The notes under the pieces: generated by a model
What the model was told of the DNA's origin: nothing
The model's input: only the letters and a program-made list of their open reading frames with translations
Databases searched by the model: none
NCBI RefSeq assembly: GCF_006345805.1
Contig: NC_043008.1
Location: forward strand, 5,518,001 to 5,582,000
Origin: Octopus sinensis
Lineage: Eukaryota
Length of the DNA stretch: 64,000 bases
Direction: 5' to 3'
Program-made: the position numbers and the translations under genes
Part shown: piece after piece, positions 37,917 to 51,425 of the stretch
Layout: every line of letters starts with the position of its first letter
Numbering within the stretch: position 1 is the first letter of the stretch

Positions 37917-39764
37917 GTAACACAATAGAACGAGCGGTCAACAACTGTTTAACATTGACCAATGTAGACTACTAGCCCCACCGACTTTGAATACTGCTTA
38001 ATATTATTACCATGACTAAAGCTGGCAGAATCATTAGCAAGCGGGGCAAAATGCTTAGAGGCATTTCGTCTGTCTTTATTTTCTGAGTTCAAATTCTGCC
38101 GAGGTCTTCTTTGCTTTTTATCCTTTCAAAGTTGATAAAATAAGTACCAGTTGTGCACTGGGGTCAATATAATTGACTAGCCCCCTTCCTCTAAATTTAC
38201 TGGTCTTGTACCTAAATTGGAAGCCATTATTGCCACTACTACTGTTACTACTATCACCTTGCTACAACTATTAATTCAAAATGGGTGGTGTGTGTGTGTT
38301 ATTTGGCAAGAAAATTTTTTTAAATTGCCATCCTGAAATATAACAATATCGGTTTCAACACACAATTTCTGATCAGGAATCTTACAAAACAAAGACATAA
38401 ATGTAAAAATAAAGTTGTGGATAAAATGGCTAAAACAATATGCAAAACAAAATTCCTGGGATAATTACAAGTGGGGAAGTCATTACATTTCATAATAACA
38501 CATTATAAGAAATTAAAAAAAATTTTTTTTTTGTCTTTGGTCAGTAAGTGTTATTTCCCCTTTGCTTCTCTCTAGAAATCAAAGGAAATGACTACTATTG
38601 CCTTCAATCTTTGCTTTTATGACCTGGACATCAAGGTTTTAAAACTGACCTATTTGCCATTACATTTTAGACAGATTCAGTGCTGAAGCAGAAATATCAT
38701 TATAGCAAATATTCTGCTCCATACCACAAATTTGCTTGATCTTAACCAGTTGAGCATGTCCCTTAGTGGCTGACAATATGTGCATCTCTGTTCATGAGCA
38801 AGTAGTGGGGCAGTATCATAGCCATGTGTTGAAAGAGATTCTTTGGGGTTTGTATAAATATCGTAACAAAAGCAAAGTTCAAAGGAAACATTGGCCATTT
38901 GTCATATTTTCTAGGGGTGAGCAAATAGAAAATAACAATTGCTTCCCAAGGACAAAAATCATGTTACACAGTGCTATTTATGGCCTGCATATTAAATATT
39001 GTCTTCAAATTTTGGCACAAGACCTGCAAGTTTGGGGCGGGGGGTGTCAAGATAAGTCGATTACCCCAGTGGTCAACTGGTACTTATTTTATTGACCCTG
39101 AAAGGATGAAAGGCAAAGTTGACCTTGACGGAATTTCTACTCAATGTAAAGATGGACAAAATACTGCTAAGCATTTCGCCAGACGTGCAAACGATTCTTA
39201 TTTCTTTACTGCCCACAAGCGGCTACACACAGAGGGGACAAACAAGGACAGACAAACGGATTAAGTCGATTATATCGACCCCAGTGCATAACTGGACTTA
39301 TTTAATTGACCCCGAAAGGATGAAAGGCAAAGTTGACCTTGACAGAATTTGAACTCAGAACGTAGCAGCAGACGGAATACCGCTAAACATTTTGCCCAGC
39401 GTGCTAATGTTTCTGTCTGCTCGCTGCCTTCTGCATATTAAATATTGACTTTGAAGTGGATGCCATCTCTAATCATTCTTTGTGACTTGTTTTTTTTAGT
39501 CAGATTATAATTAACGTTTTTAATTAGTCATGGCGGAAATTTATTAGTTTACTTGATGGCTTTTATGCTTGTTTAGTTGTTCAAGACCAGCTGTTAAAAA
39601 ATTTTTGACCATCGTCCACTCTGTTTTTGCCGAAAAGAAAACTTATGTGAACTTCTACCTGAATTTCTTATGAATGTATTTGTGACCAGTGTTGTACAGA
39701 CACAAATAGACCACCCACCCCATACCCACAAAATAATAAGCTCCATTGATACATTTATTTGCAG

Positions 39765-39909
39765 CACACACTCCGATTAATAGCATTTCGCCAAATCCAC
39801 AAAGTTCTCAACATGGAGCAGTTACCTTTACCACGTTTCAGGCGGAAAAATTTCAAGCCACGTAAACGCAAGCGTGCAGTTGATGGAGATGCTGTTGTTG
39901 ATGGTGATG
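39765..39909 (+). CDS. ZFR: ZFR-like exon 11: HTLRLIAFRQIHKVLNMEQLPLPRFRRKNFKPRKRKRAVDGDAVVDGD
   Basis: ttgcAG / GTAAGT, phase 0/1; LRLxAFRQIHKVL DZF end followed by a basic NLS-like RKRKR. Confidence 0.95.
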
Positions 39910-42900
39910 GTAAGTATGCCGACATTCTTCCGCCTCCAAATACACATTCTCTACAGCTTTTATAAACGGGTAATGTTTACCATGTCCCATAATTTGGTGG
40001 TCACCTAGCATTTTAGACTGAGTCTACTTATATAGTAATCACCGTGACAGACCAGGCTATCGGATGTTGCTACACATCGCTGGTCACAATGCACTTCGCA
40101 TTGTTTTCGCCTTCAAATGACGCCACCCCGCTGGCTAAGCAAGCAGGCCAGCAGAAGAAAGAGTACAGCAGGGAACGCCATAACCCCACCCCCCCTGCCG
40201 GAGCCTCGTGGAGATTTAGGTGTTTTCACTCAATAAACACTCACAATACCTGGTCTAGGAATCGAAACCGTGAGTCCGCTGCCCTTAACACTGGGCCATT
40301 GTGCCTTCACATATAGTAATATGATCCAGAATTAGATATATCACTTTATTTGACGTTGCTCCAGTCCACTCAGCTGGCAAAATTGAGTTGTACCTGTATT
40401 TCAAAGGTATACTTTTACAAGACGGGTGATAGTGACTTCGGAATTTTGACCTGTTGGCCTTCATTGGACTGTGGTACATTTGGGTTCGTCTTTCTATAGT
40501 CTCTGTTAAGTTAGAAGCTGTCCTTCATTGAAATTCTAGTTCTTGTTGGACCAAACCTGTTTAGGGATTCTTGGTTTGTTGTGGTTAGGGTCTGTCATAC
40601 CATTCACTGATATTGCATGATTGTCCTTCATTGAGGGTTTAACCCTTTAGCATTTAAACCGGCCAAAAGTATTCTGCCTGTTTTATGTTCAAACTGACCA
40701 GAGCTGGTCTCTCACACCTGGGATGTAGCCAGCCCACTTATGCATACCTTTCCTGCTTGCGAAGACCTGTTGAGGAAATCGAAATCGATCAAAAAATCTA
40801 TGGAAATTGTAGTTGTGATACCACTGCCGGTGGCACGTAAAAAGAACCATCCGAACGTGGCCATTGCCAGTGCTACCTCGACTGGATCCGTGCCGGTGGC
40901 ACCAACTGATCGTGGCCATTGCCAGCCTCTCCTGGCACGTAAAAAGCACCTACTACACTCACGGAGTGGTTGGCGTTAGGAAGGGCATCCAGCTGTAGAA
41001 ACACTGCCAGATCAGACTGGAGCCTGGTACAGCCTCCTGGCTTCCCAGACCCCGGTCGAACCATCCAACCCATCTAGCATGGAAAATGGATGTTAAACGA
41101 TGATGATGATGATGACAAGCACCCTTTGTTTTATTTCGCCTTGGTTCATCAACATAAATGAATTGTCTGCGTGAGGCAGGAGTCTGGAATATCGGTACAT
41201 ATTTTGCAGTAGGCATTATAATTGAATTTGGTCCACCAAGGGTTAATTGATTTCATTAAAACTTCTATGCTAAATTTGAATCACTATTCACTTAATTTAA
41301 GACATTTGTGATTCTTTTTAACAAATTTCATTTATAAAAATTACATTTTCAGTCATTTTTTTTTAGTTATTGTTTTCCTCAATGTGTCATGTTTATGATT
41401 ACTGCCTACATTTTTACACTTTCTTGGAAGAAAAGTTGTTTTTTGTTAAGTTTTACCATCAGGATGTTTTTTGCTTTTTAATTTTTGTTTTGGAATTTGT
41501 TTCTAGGAACAACTTGTTTGAATGAAGAAAGCTGAACCTACCTCTAAAGACTTCAACTAAGCTTTTTTAGTTATTAGTTACATGTATTCTAAGAGAAACT
41601 ATTTCTTCAAAAGTCATTAAATTAAGAGTGAGGAGATAACCAAGACAAATCAAAGTTACCGTTTTCTCTTTCGTATTTGTATTTAGAGTCCAATGGCATT
41701 AAAAAAAAATAATTCTATTGTTAATAGGACTCTCATTTTCATTATTGTACTTTATCGCTTTTGTATTCCATCTTAACTGTACATAATGTTATATATTGAT
41801 TTTTTTGTATTGTTTGATGAGAAGAGAAAACTAATTTAGAACCAATTAAAACTTGTTCCTTATTTTATATTTCTTATTTTGCCAATCCATGTTTCAGGAA
41901 ACAAAGATTGACATCGACAGTTGATGCTGACGTTGTCATTAATTTGTCATAATAAAAATTGTTCATATGTAAATAGCGTATCTGTTGTGTATTGGAGAGG
42001 AACCAACTAATTCAACAAGCTGCTCACATTTCTGAATTAGGCTCAGCACAAAGACCTGAAAGGCGCTTCCAATAACCTATGTTACCATCTTCATCATCAA
42101 TTGTATTTTATGTCGTTAAACTAATTCTAACGAACCAATTAGTTCTAGAACAGAGAATTTGCTTAACCCTTTAGCGTTGAAATTGCTCTGACAAATATAA
42201 AGCTTGTCTATTCATATCACTTTGAATTAATTATGTATCATCTCACAGATTTGAGATTTTGATGATGTTATTGTTTATATTTAGAATGGACTTTGTAAGG
42301 TATATACTAGAAACTGGATCTGACCAGTTTAACCATGAAACAGGAGGCGTGTTTGGGCCAGTTATGGCTGGTTTAAGTGCTAAAGGGTTAACAATATTTA
42401 CTAAACAATTCCCCAATTTGTCTTTCTGTCTGTTCCAGTTTGAACAGTTTTTTCTCCCACTTTAATTAGGTCGACTCGTTAATGTTACTTTATATTTTTA
42501 ATTCCCTGAACAATGTGTCTCTCTGTGCTCGTTTATTTAAGCACAAGAACATAACATTTCTTAATGACCATTCATTTTTGGTTTTCTGACCGTTGGTCAA
42601 GCAAAACTAGTTATTTGATGGATTCTGTTTTGGTTTTCAGCAGTTTTAGTTCTTAACACATAAAAGTGTTCTACAATTGATCTTGTTAAAAATAAATTAT
42701 AACATACACTATCCTAACTTAGAATTTAAATTACTTTTAAATTGTATTAACATATTATTTATTTAATTATTTTATATATTAACAAAAAAAAAAAACCTAA
42801 AATTACTGGATAAAATATTTCCATAGTGAAATACTAAACTGTGTCTTTGTTCCTCTCCTAATTCAGAAATTCCACAGTTGGATATGGAAAAGTTGAGCCT

Positions 42901-42997
42901 CTCTGAGTACGAAGCGGTGAATGTAGTATAGGAGTCGACTGAGTGAATGATCTTAGTGTGGCACTACTCACTTCTCCTGACTATCAATTTCTTCCAG

Positions 42998-43092
42998 GTG
43001 GTCAGGGAGAGGAGGAAAACAAGAAAGACAAGAAGGATGTTGATGGAGATGCTGCAACCAGCCAACCTTCCAGCCACCAAGCTGATGTTTAG
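42998..43092 (+). CDS. ZFR: ZFR-like terminal exon 12: GGQGEEENKKDKKDVDGDAATSQPSSHQADV*
   Basis: ttccAG acceptor, phase 1, KKDKKD motif typical of the ZFR C-terminus, TAG stop at 43090-43092. Confidence 0.88.
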
Positions 43093-46000
43093 AAACGAGG
43101 GTCACAATGAAAATAATCATCAATTCCTGTTTCACTCATTTATAACAGATACTAGTTACCTTCTGCTTCTTATTGTATACCTTTTTATTGTATATCATTA
43201 TTTTGGATTATATATATGTACTCCACTTTGTTAAAAAGATCTTCATTCTCATATGTTACGGTAGTAAAGTGATAGAAACCGCTAGAAATTCCTTGAGACT
43301 AAATCTCCTTACACTGGAAGTGCAAATCTAAAGGTGACCTTGCCATGCTTCCCTCTGGGGTGGTCTATCAATATAACTGTAAAATGTGGGGTACAATCAA
43401 TTATATTCTTCATTTCAGTTATCTTGTTACTATGAATGTTCCAGGTTAATTAAGGCAGAGTCAATTAGAAATTATCATTTCCTATTTAAGAAACTTCTTT
43501 CAGTATTCCTTTCACCTCCAATTTATTTCATTTATATATATATATATGTATGTGTGTGGATGTGTTTGTTTAAAATATATTCTTTTTCTTTTTTTTTTTT
43601 TTTGCCTTAAACCTTTTTGATAACAGTATTCTTGTTTAGACTCGTTTTATTTCTGGTCTTCAACTTTTCCCCCAGCATCATCCTTGGTTGTTTTTTGTTT
43701 TTTCCCCCCTCAGTTAAAACTGAAATTAGAAATAGATATCTACCTTTTTTTCTCTATAAACATTTCCAAAGACATGAAGAACTGTTGGAGCTTTAATATT
43801 TTTGATGTTACCACTTTATTTCTTGTCCTTCTGCTTATATTTTGCAAGCTGTGTTTTAATTATCCTGAACAATTTGCTTGGTAACGAACATAGTTTATTT
43901 GTTTTAAACAGCTACAAATTATTTCAGTTTAGGGGGTCTATTGATTTATTTATAAAGCCCTGTCGAGATCAAATTTGCTTTTCAACTTTCTGGGTGTTGA
44001 TATTATCATCTGTCCCCTTTTCCACAAAATTGAAGACCTGAGACTTATAAAAAGAAGCTTCAAGTCGGCAGGTTGGGGTGGGGTTCCGAAAATTTATTGA
44101 GAGCACACGTGCACATACGTACATACATAGAAATTGTCCAATTGTTAGGTGTCCGCTTATTCATACACATTCTTTTTTAATTTGTTAAGTTTATTTAAAA
44201 TCATTTTGAAACAAAACAATGAGATTGGTCTACTTACATTTATTGTATTAAGAATATTACAAATTAAATTTTTTTTTTTAATTAACACAAACATAAGTTA
44301 ACAAACAGATTCTACTAACAAGGACAGTGGTCTACATGTTAGTAACATATATGCTTATTTCATAGTTCTTTAAATAACGGTAACAGGATACTACATGACT
44401 AACTCTTTTGATTACTAACCTGTCTGGGACCATGTTTGGTTCTTTGATACAAACTTCCTGTCATAAAGTGATCCAAATTAAAATCTTCCATCAAACTTGT
44501 CTGCTAATTTATGCTCCAAACACCTGCTTAATTACATTACTAAATCCCTCATTATTTTTTAAAAACATTACTAGAAACAAAGGCAATTGTATTTCAACTG
44601 AAATGTGGTTACGAAAGGGTTAACAGTGTACTTAAATCATTTGACACAAAGTGGAGTACATACATATTCTCTCTAATTCTCCCATTCACAGTCATAACTA
44701 CAGTTTATTTACTTTGAATGTGTGTATGTATGCATATTTGTGTGAGTGGAATTCTTTGTCGTAGTCACGAAAATATATACATTTAAAATGTCAAGATTTA
44801 TACATTTTTGGCAGAAGCTAAAAAAACCAAAAAAAATCTCAAAATAAATTTTCAGTGTTTCTCCTGTCATTGCACAACTAACTGAATTGTAAGCATTCTG
44901 TCAACAGAATAGTCTCAAATAAATAATTCTCCACTATTATTGATTTTTTGTTATTGTCTACTCTTTCTGCGTTCTTTGAGGATGGAGTGGGTGTGTAAAA
45001 ATATTGTATTTATGTTGTGTTTGTACAGACTTTATATTACATGATATATGAGACCTTTCCAGGAAGAAACAGTATTTGTATTACTTTAAGGCGGTGAGCT
45101 GGCAGAAATGTTAGCACACCGGGCGAAATGCTTAGCGGTATTTCATCTGCTGCTACGTTGTGAGTTCAAATTCCGCCAAGGTCGACTTTGCCTTTCATCC
45201 TTTCGGGGTCAATAAATTAAGTACCAGTTATGCACTGGAGTCGATGTAATCAACTTAATACCTATGTCTGTCCTTGTTTGTCCCCTCTATGTTTAGCCCC
45301 TTGTGGGTAATAAAGAAATAAGTATTTGTTTATAAGAAACAAAGTTATTGTTTTACAGTGGTTGGCGTTAGGAAGGGCATCCAGCTGTAGAAACTCTGCC
45401 AGATCAGATTGGAGCCTGGCGCAGCCATCTCGTTCGCCAGTTCCCAGTCAAATCGTCCAACCCATGCTAACATGGAAAGCGGACGTTAAACGATGATGAT
45501 GAATTTAATCATGCTACTTCTCTCTCTACTCGTGCTCCTTCCCTCTTTCTTTTTAAATTCCGCAATATATTTTCAAGAGTTTTCTACCATTCTCATTGTG
45601 GATTTTATCGAGTGTTCTTTATTATCTGACATGCCCAACCTTTCAGAGTGGAGCTCACTTCAGAGATATAAAAAGTCTGTAGGGGCCAAATCCAGAGTAA
45701 TGTATGGCTAGGGTACAAATGTCCTCTTATTCTTTGCCCAAATGTAATGTATAAGCAGGTATGTTCTAGTGCAGCAATCAGATTTTGTTTGCCCAGTCCC
45801 CTGACCTCTTTCACACTACTTCTCTCAATTACCTCAGAACATCTGCTTTTCTGATTGTCTTTGCTTTTGGAAACGGTGATCCCATCTGCTGCAATGACTA
45901 CCATTGCTATGCACCCATGTTTCACCATTTGACCCTTTAGCTTTCAGTCCGTGCCGGTGGCACGTAAAAGGCACCATTCGAGTGAGGTCATTGCCAGTAC

Positions 46001-46721
46001 CGCTTGACCAGCTCCGTGCGGGTGACACGTAAAAAGAACCCACTACACTCTTGGAGTGGTTGGCGTTAGGAAGGGCATCCAGCTGTAGAAACTCTGCCAG
46101 ATCAAGATTGGAGCCTCGTGCAGCCCTCAGTCAAAATCGTCCAACCCATGCTAGCATGGAAAGCGGACATTTAACGATGATGATTAATCTGTCAAAAGTA
46201 ATGCTTGTTTATTTACAATTGTTTTGTATTAATCATGCATTATCTCATAACCATGGGATTTTGATGATTTATTTATTTTTAAAATGACATTGTAGGGTAA
46301 GTGTGAGAGGTCATATATGGCAAGTTTAAATGCTAAAGGGTTAAGTAGTTTTTTGTTCATCTGTCACCAATTGTGACACCAATTTTGCAACAACACAAGG
46401 CATCTTTTTTTTTCTTTTTTTTTTTTTTAATCATAAGGAACTTCTTAGCCAATCTGATGACAATTTTCATTGTCCTAATTTGGGATCACCTTCAGCTGAT
46501 GTTCTTCCCAGTTTGAAACAGAATTTCACACGTTGATCTTTCAAAATCTTTCATTTTTCAGCTTGCAACAAATCACTTTTTAAAGTTTTATAAACTATGC
46601 ATACAGCACTAAATATAAAATAAAATAAAATTATTTAGTATATCAATTCATACCAGTACAAATACAAAGAAAACTTGACTTACAGTTCAACAGAATATCT
46701 GGAAAAAAGAACAGAAAAAAT

Positions 46722-47092
46722 AATTTACATTTGACGGAAATTTGTCCTCATCTTGTTTGTTGCTAACACAACATTTCGGCTGGTATACTCTCCAGCATTC
46801 ATCAGGTGCATTGGGGAAATTTCGAACCTGGGTTCTCATCCCTAAGGTATTTTTCCGATGTAGTTGCTATTATTATTATTATTCAGGTCACTGCCTGGAA
46901 TATTAACCACTACGCCATATGCCCACTGGTATAAGGCATAGTGGTTAAGAGCGCGGGCTACTAACCCCAAGATTCGGACTTCAATTCCAGGCAGTAACCT
47001 AAATAATAATAACATCGAAAAAATACCTTAGGAATGAGAACCCAGGCTCGAAATTTCCCCGTGACACCTGATGAAGGCTGGAGGGTATATCA
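46722..47092. mobile_element. Second head-to-head tRNA-head/hammerhead element
   Basis: Homologous to 18225-18540; left arm has CUGAUGA...GAAAU, right arm has CUGAUGA and is truncated before GAAAC. Confidence 0.75.
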
Positions 47093-47789
47093 GAACTAAT
47101 ATATATGTGTGTGTATACATACAGGGTGCAGTGAATAAATTGTTATCTAAATTACACAAAAATGAAAATAATACTAACATCTCATTTTACCAAAACGATT
47201 TCCAGAAGAATGAAATCATGTGATATTGGAATTCCAGTACCCATGACATGATTTCCGTCTTTTACTATACATGTGTGCTTTTATGCACTCAGCACCTAGA
47301 TATGAGAATCTCTCAAAGCTAATAATGCAATACTCACAGTTCTGCATTATTAATCTCTAAATTATGCTGCCTTGAAACGCTTGCTCTTTTACACCAAAAT
47401 GAAACTGCTTTACTTAATCAATTCTCTGATGTAATCTTTGCTTGTAGGCATAACTTCTAATGGACCTTTGCTCATTACATAAAGTCATGATAATTTCTCA
47501 TTATCTTAGCTATAAATACCTTTCACCCATCACAGCTTCTTTTTCTAATCCCACTCCTTTATCACAATGTTATTCGGTTCTTCACATCTATTGTTCTTAG
47601 TGTTTTATCTTATCTGTGAACGACAAATATTCCCCCTGCTATTCTGATCTGACAATATATGCTCGTCCCACATCAGTCATCAACCAAAATCATCACAATT
47701 TTGATGCTTTATGTATGTTTACACACATACAAACATACACACTTATGTGTGTGTGTATATTTATATGTATATGTCAGTGTGCATGCATA

Positions 47790-48430
47790 ACAAAGTGTAA
47801 GTGTCTTGAGAGAAAGGTTGGGAATAAGAGGTATCAGATGTGATGTGCATGAGAGGTAGATGTACAGGTATGGTCAGGTGATGTGTATGGATAAGGACAG
47901 CTGTGTGATGAAACCTGTGGTAGAGGTAGACCCAGGAAGACATGGGATGAGGTGGTGAAGCATGACCTTCAAACTTTGGGCCTCACAGAGACTATGACGA
48001 GTGACTGAGACCTTTGGCGATACGCTGTGCTTGAGAAAACCTGTCAAGCCAAGTGACATCGTAATCGTGGCTGACATTGGTGCCATGTAACAGGCACCCA
48101 TGCTGGTGGCACATAAAAAGCACCTTTCAAGCATTGGGCCTCACTGAGATAAAGTGGCTGATGCTGGTGACACACGAAGAGCTCCTTTCAAGTGTTGAGC
48201 CTTATTGAGGCAGTGACTGAGACCTTTAGCATTATGTCGTCCTTGAGAAGAAGACCCATCAAGCCAAGTAAAATTGTAATTGTGGCAGATACTGGTGTTG
48301 CACAAATGGCACCTGTGCCAGTGACACATAAAAGCACTCATTACACTCTTGGAGTGGTTGGCATTAGGAAGGGCATCCAGCCATAGAAACCTTGCTAAAT
48401 TAGACTGGAGTCTGGTGCAGACTTCCAGCT
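47790..48430 (+). mobile_element. Degenerate RTE LINE 3' portion
   Basis: Homologous to 25850-26800. Confidence 0.75.
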
Positions 48431-48663
48431 CACCTGTATAAATATTTTTTCATTACAGACAAGAGTATTTTGTAAGAGGGGCCTTGCAAGTCTACCAGAT
48501 AGATGGAAGAGCATTATAGAAAATGAAGGAGAGTCTATTTTAGATTATAAAAAAGCTGCATTATTTATGTGGAAAGTGAAAGTGTGTGGTTTGTGGGGAG
48601 TGTTTGAGTCGTGCAGGCCTGGTGAGTCATCAAAATTCTCAGAAATCGACCCATTTATAAGCA

Positions 48664-48935
48664 ATGATGTGGCTATTAAAATTCACAACAGAACTTGTAA
48701 AATGTGGGTGTGCCTCTCAGTTTGGAAGTCTAAAAAGACATGTTAAGGGAGTGCATATGGTGGCCCCTGTTTCTCCTGCCAGCCAGCACAGTTGTCCAGT
48801 ATGTAATAAAATGGGTAAAAGCTTGGCCGGGCTTCAAAGCCATATAAGAGCATCACATAGCAACAATCATGAATCATTTCAGTAAGTCTTCTTGGCAATG
48901 GCTTTTCTTGTGTAACGAGGGTGCAGCTATGAGAT
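48664..48935 (+). mobile_element. RTE LINE 3' end with tandem C2H2-like fingers
   Basis: CG..SQFGSLKRHVKGVH...CPVCNKMGKSLAGLQSHIRASH and a tail similar to 9600-9650. Confidence 0.65.
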
Positions 48936-50943
48936 ATATTTATATATACCAGGGTAAGCACATAAATGCAAAACAAGGTGGAAAAAATAGTACTCGAATA
49001 CCGGAGGTAGAGTAATATGCTGTATTAATAAAGTATATAGTGTGTGTGTGTATTCTTTTCTTTTACTTGTTTCAGTCATTTTTTACTGTGGACATGCTGG
49101 AGCACTGCCTTTTAGTCAAAGAAATCAACCCCTGGACTTGGTCTTTGTAAGCCTGGTACTGATTCTATCAGGCTCTTTGCCGATCTGCTAAGTTACAGGG
49201 ATGTAAACACAGCAACATTGGTTGTGAAACAATGGTGGGGTGACAAACGCACAAATATATATACACTCACACACACATATATGATGGGCTTCTTTCAGTT
49301 TCCGTCTACAAACTCCACTCACAAGGCTTTGGTTGTCCCGCTGCTATAGTAGAAGACACTTTCAGTGGAACTGAACCCTGAATCATGTGGTTGGTAAGCA
49401 AGCTTCTTACTACACAGCCACAGTTTGTGTGAATGGATGGAGTGAGGAAAGCTTTGGTGGTTGGGGGTGATGGAGTGAGGGAGGCAAGAGAGTTTATAAA
49501 TGGTGGGAAAGCTTGGAGTGTGTTTGTGGACGGATGAGTGAATCTGTTGCCCAAGGGGGTACGGAAGCAGCATGAAGTGGTGGGGGTAAACCAGCATATA
49601 CTGTCATGCCCCACTGATGTTATTGGGGTTGCGTTCTATGCCTTGACCCAAGCATAGAACAGGGCTCACCTCTTTAAGCTAGGAAATGACTGGAATGGGT
49701 GGTGTGTGTCTTGTTATGGATACCCCCTCCTAAAAAAAATGGTGAATATGCCTGAGTAAAGCACCTACTACACTCATGAAGTGGTTGGTGTTAGGAAGGG
49801 CATCCAGCCGTAGAAACAATGCCAGGTCGGACTGGGCCTGGTGCAGCCTTCTGGCTTCCCAGATCCCAGTTGAACCATCCAACCCATGCCAGCATGGAAA
49901 GCGGACGCTAAACAATGATGATGATATATATAATACACACACACACACATATATATATATAGAGAGAGAGAGATACTGGATGTACCTGTGATCCACTGGG
50001 TTACAACTACTCTAAATTGAAAATGTCAAGGTGTGGCAGCAAAGGTAAAAGTACGATTTCAAACTTCATGCAGTAAAATTCTTCAAAATACAGGTTTCTT
50101 GCTTTTGGTGTGACAACATAAACTTGACCAAGTGTTTCTCCGTTGAAAATGTTCAAATGGCCTTCAGTTTTTTTTCCTCACTTTCTTCTTTGCCATTCTT
50201 TGTTCCTACTGTTCCAAGTGAAATACAATGGCTATTTCAGCATAAAGTAATGGTTTCATAAAGTCATCATTGAAGGTCCAAAAAGAGATACCAGCGTCAC
50301 ATTTATTAATCCGTTATAATCAACCTAATAACAGGTAAGATTGTTATGTTAACAAACATGTTGGATCATATATACAAAGATTAAGCAGGTGAAGGTGACC
50401 CCGAAAGAAAATCAGCCTGTCTTTTCATCATGACCGTCATGGGATATAGTTCTAAATATCTATATATACATATATATATAAGCAGAATTTAGTCTGTCTG
50501 GAATCCCTGTATCCCAGCCTACATTTGCTCTACATAGACATATTATACCTTTTGGGAGATCAGGATGATCCAAGGATTGAAAATCTGCCCTTCATTTGGT
50601 TCTTGAACATTCCGTATTCGGATCTGATTTAAAAGGATTTGGGTTGCTATTTCTAGCAGGTAAAGCATCCGTAAGGGGTAAAAGAGTTACCTCCCTTAGT
50701 TTTAAGTTTTTCTAAAGAACTTTGTGCGTTTTTTTTTAATCTTTTTCCGTCATTAGACTGCAGCCATGCTGGAGCACTGTCTCGGAGAATTTTAATCGAA
50801 GAAAATGACACCTATTCTTTCTTTTTTATGCTTGGTAGTTTTTTATTGGCCTCTTTTACTGAACTGCTAAGTTACATGGACATAAGCACAGCAGTAGTTG
50901 GGGACAAACAGACACAAAGTCACGTTACATCTATACATTTATG

Positions 50944-50974
<31 letters not shown>

Positions 50975-50975
<1 letters not shown>

Positions 50976-51265
50976 AAATAATAATATTTGTATTTTATAT
51001 AAGCTTAAAGCTTATGGCAATTACTGTGCAATAACGACTAAGGAAAATTGTCTTATAAAGGGACATATAAAAAAAGAAGGCTTTTGTAGCCACATGGAAC
51101 TCGAACCCACATCTCTTTGTTAACGTGACTAAGTGGGTTACCTTTACGCCAGCCTTCTTTTTCTGTCGAGGGCTTCTATGCCCCGTTATTAGACTATTTT
51201 CTTTAGTCATTGCACGGTGATCGCCATAAGCTTAAAGCTTATATAAAATACCATTATTATTATTT
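50975..51265. mobile_element. Inverted-repeat element (about 90-bp arms) enclosing a tRNA-like cassette
   Basis: Arms contain TATATAAGCTTAAAGCTTATGGC; inner minus-strand TGGCGTAAAGG...GGTTCGAGTTCC. Confidence 0.6.
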
Positions 51266-51390
51266 TCAGGACTGTAAAAACGGCCATATAAAAACCATTC
51301 TCACTGAAATGTATATATATATATATATATCCACATGTGAATCGTTGGTGATTTTCTTCTCCTGTTTTCCTTTCTATTGAACTTTCCTCT

Positions 51391-51425
51391 GTTCCTGAAG
51401 AAGAGTTTTGCTTGAAACGTTAAAC
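51391..51425 (+). ncRNA. Degenerate minimal hammerhead motif
   Basis: guuc-CUGAAGA-a-GAGU(UUU)GCUU-GAAAC-GUU-aaac; stem I has a mismatch and stem II has GU pairs. Confidence 0.4.
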
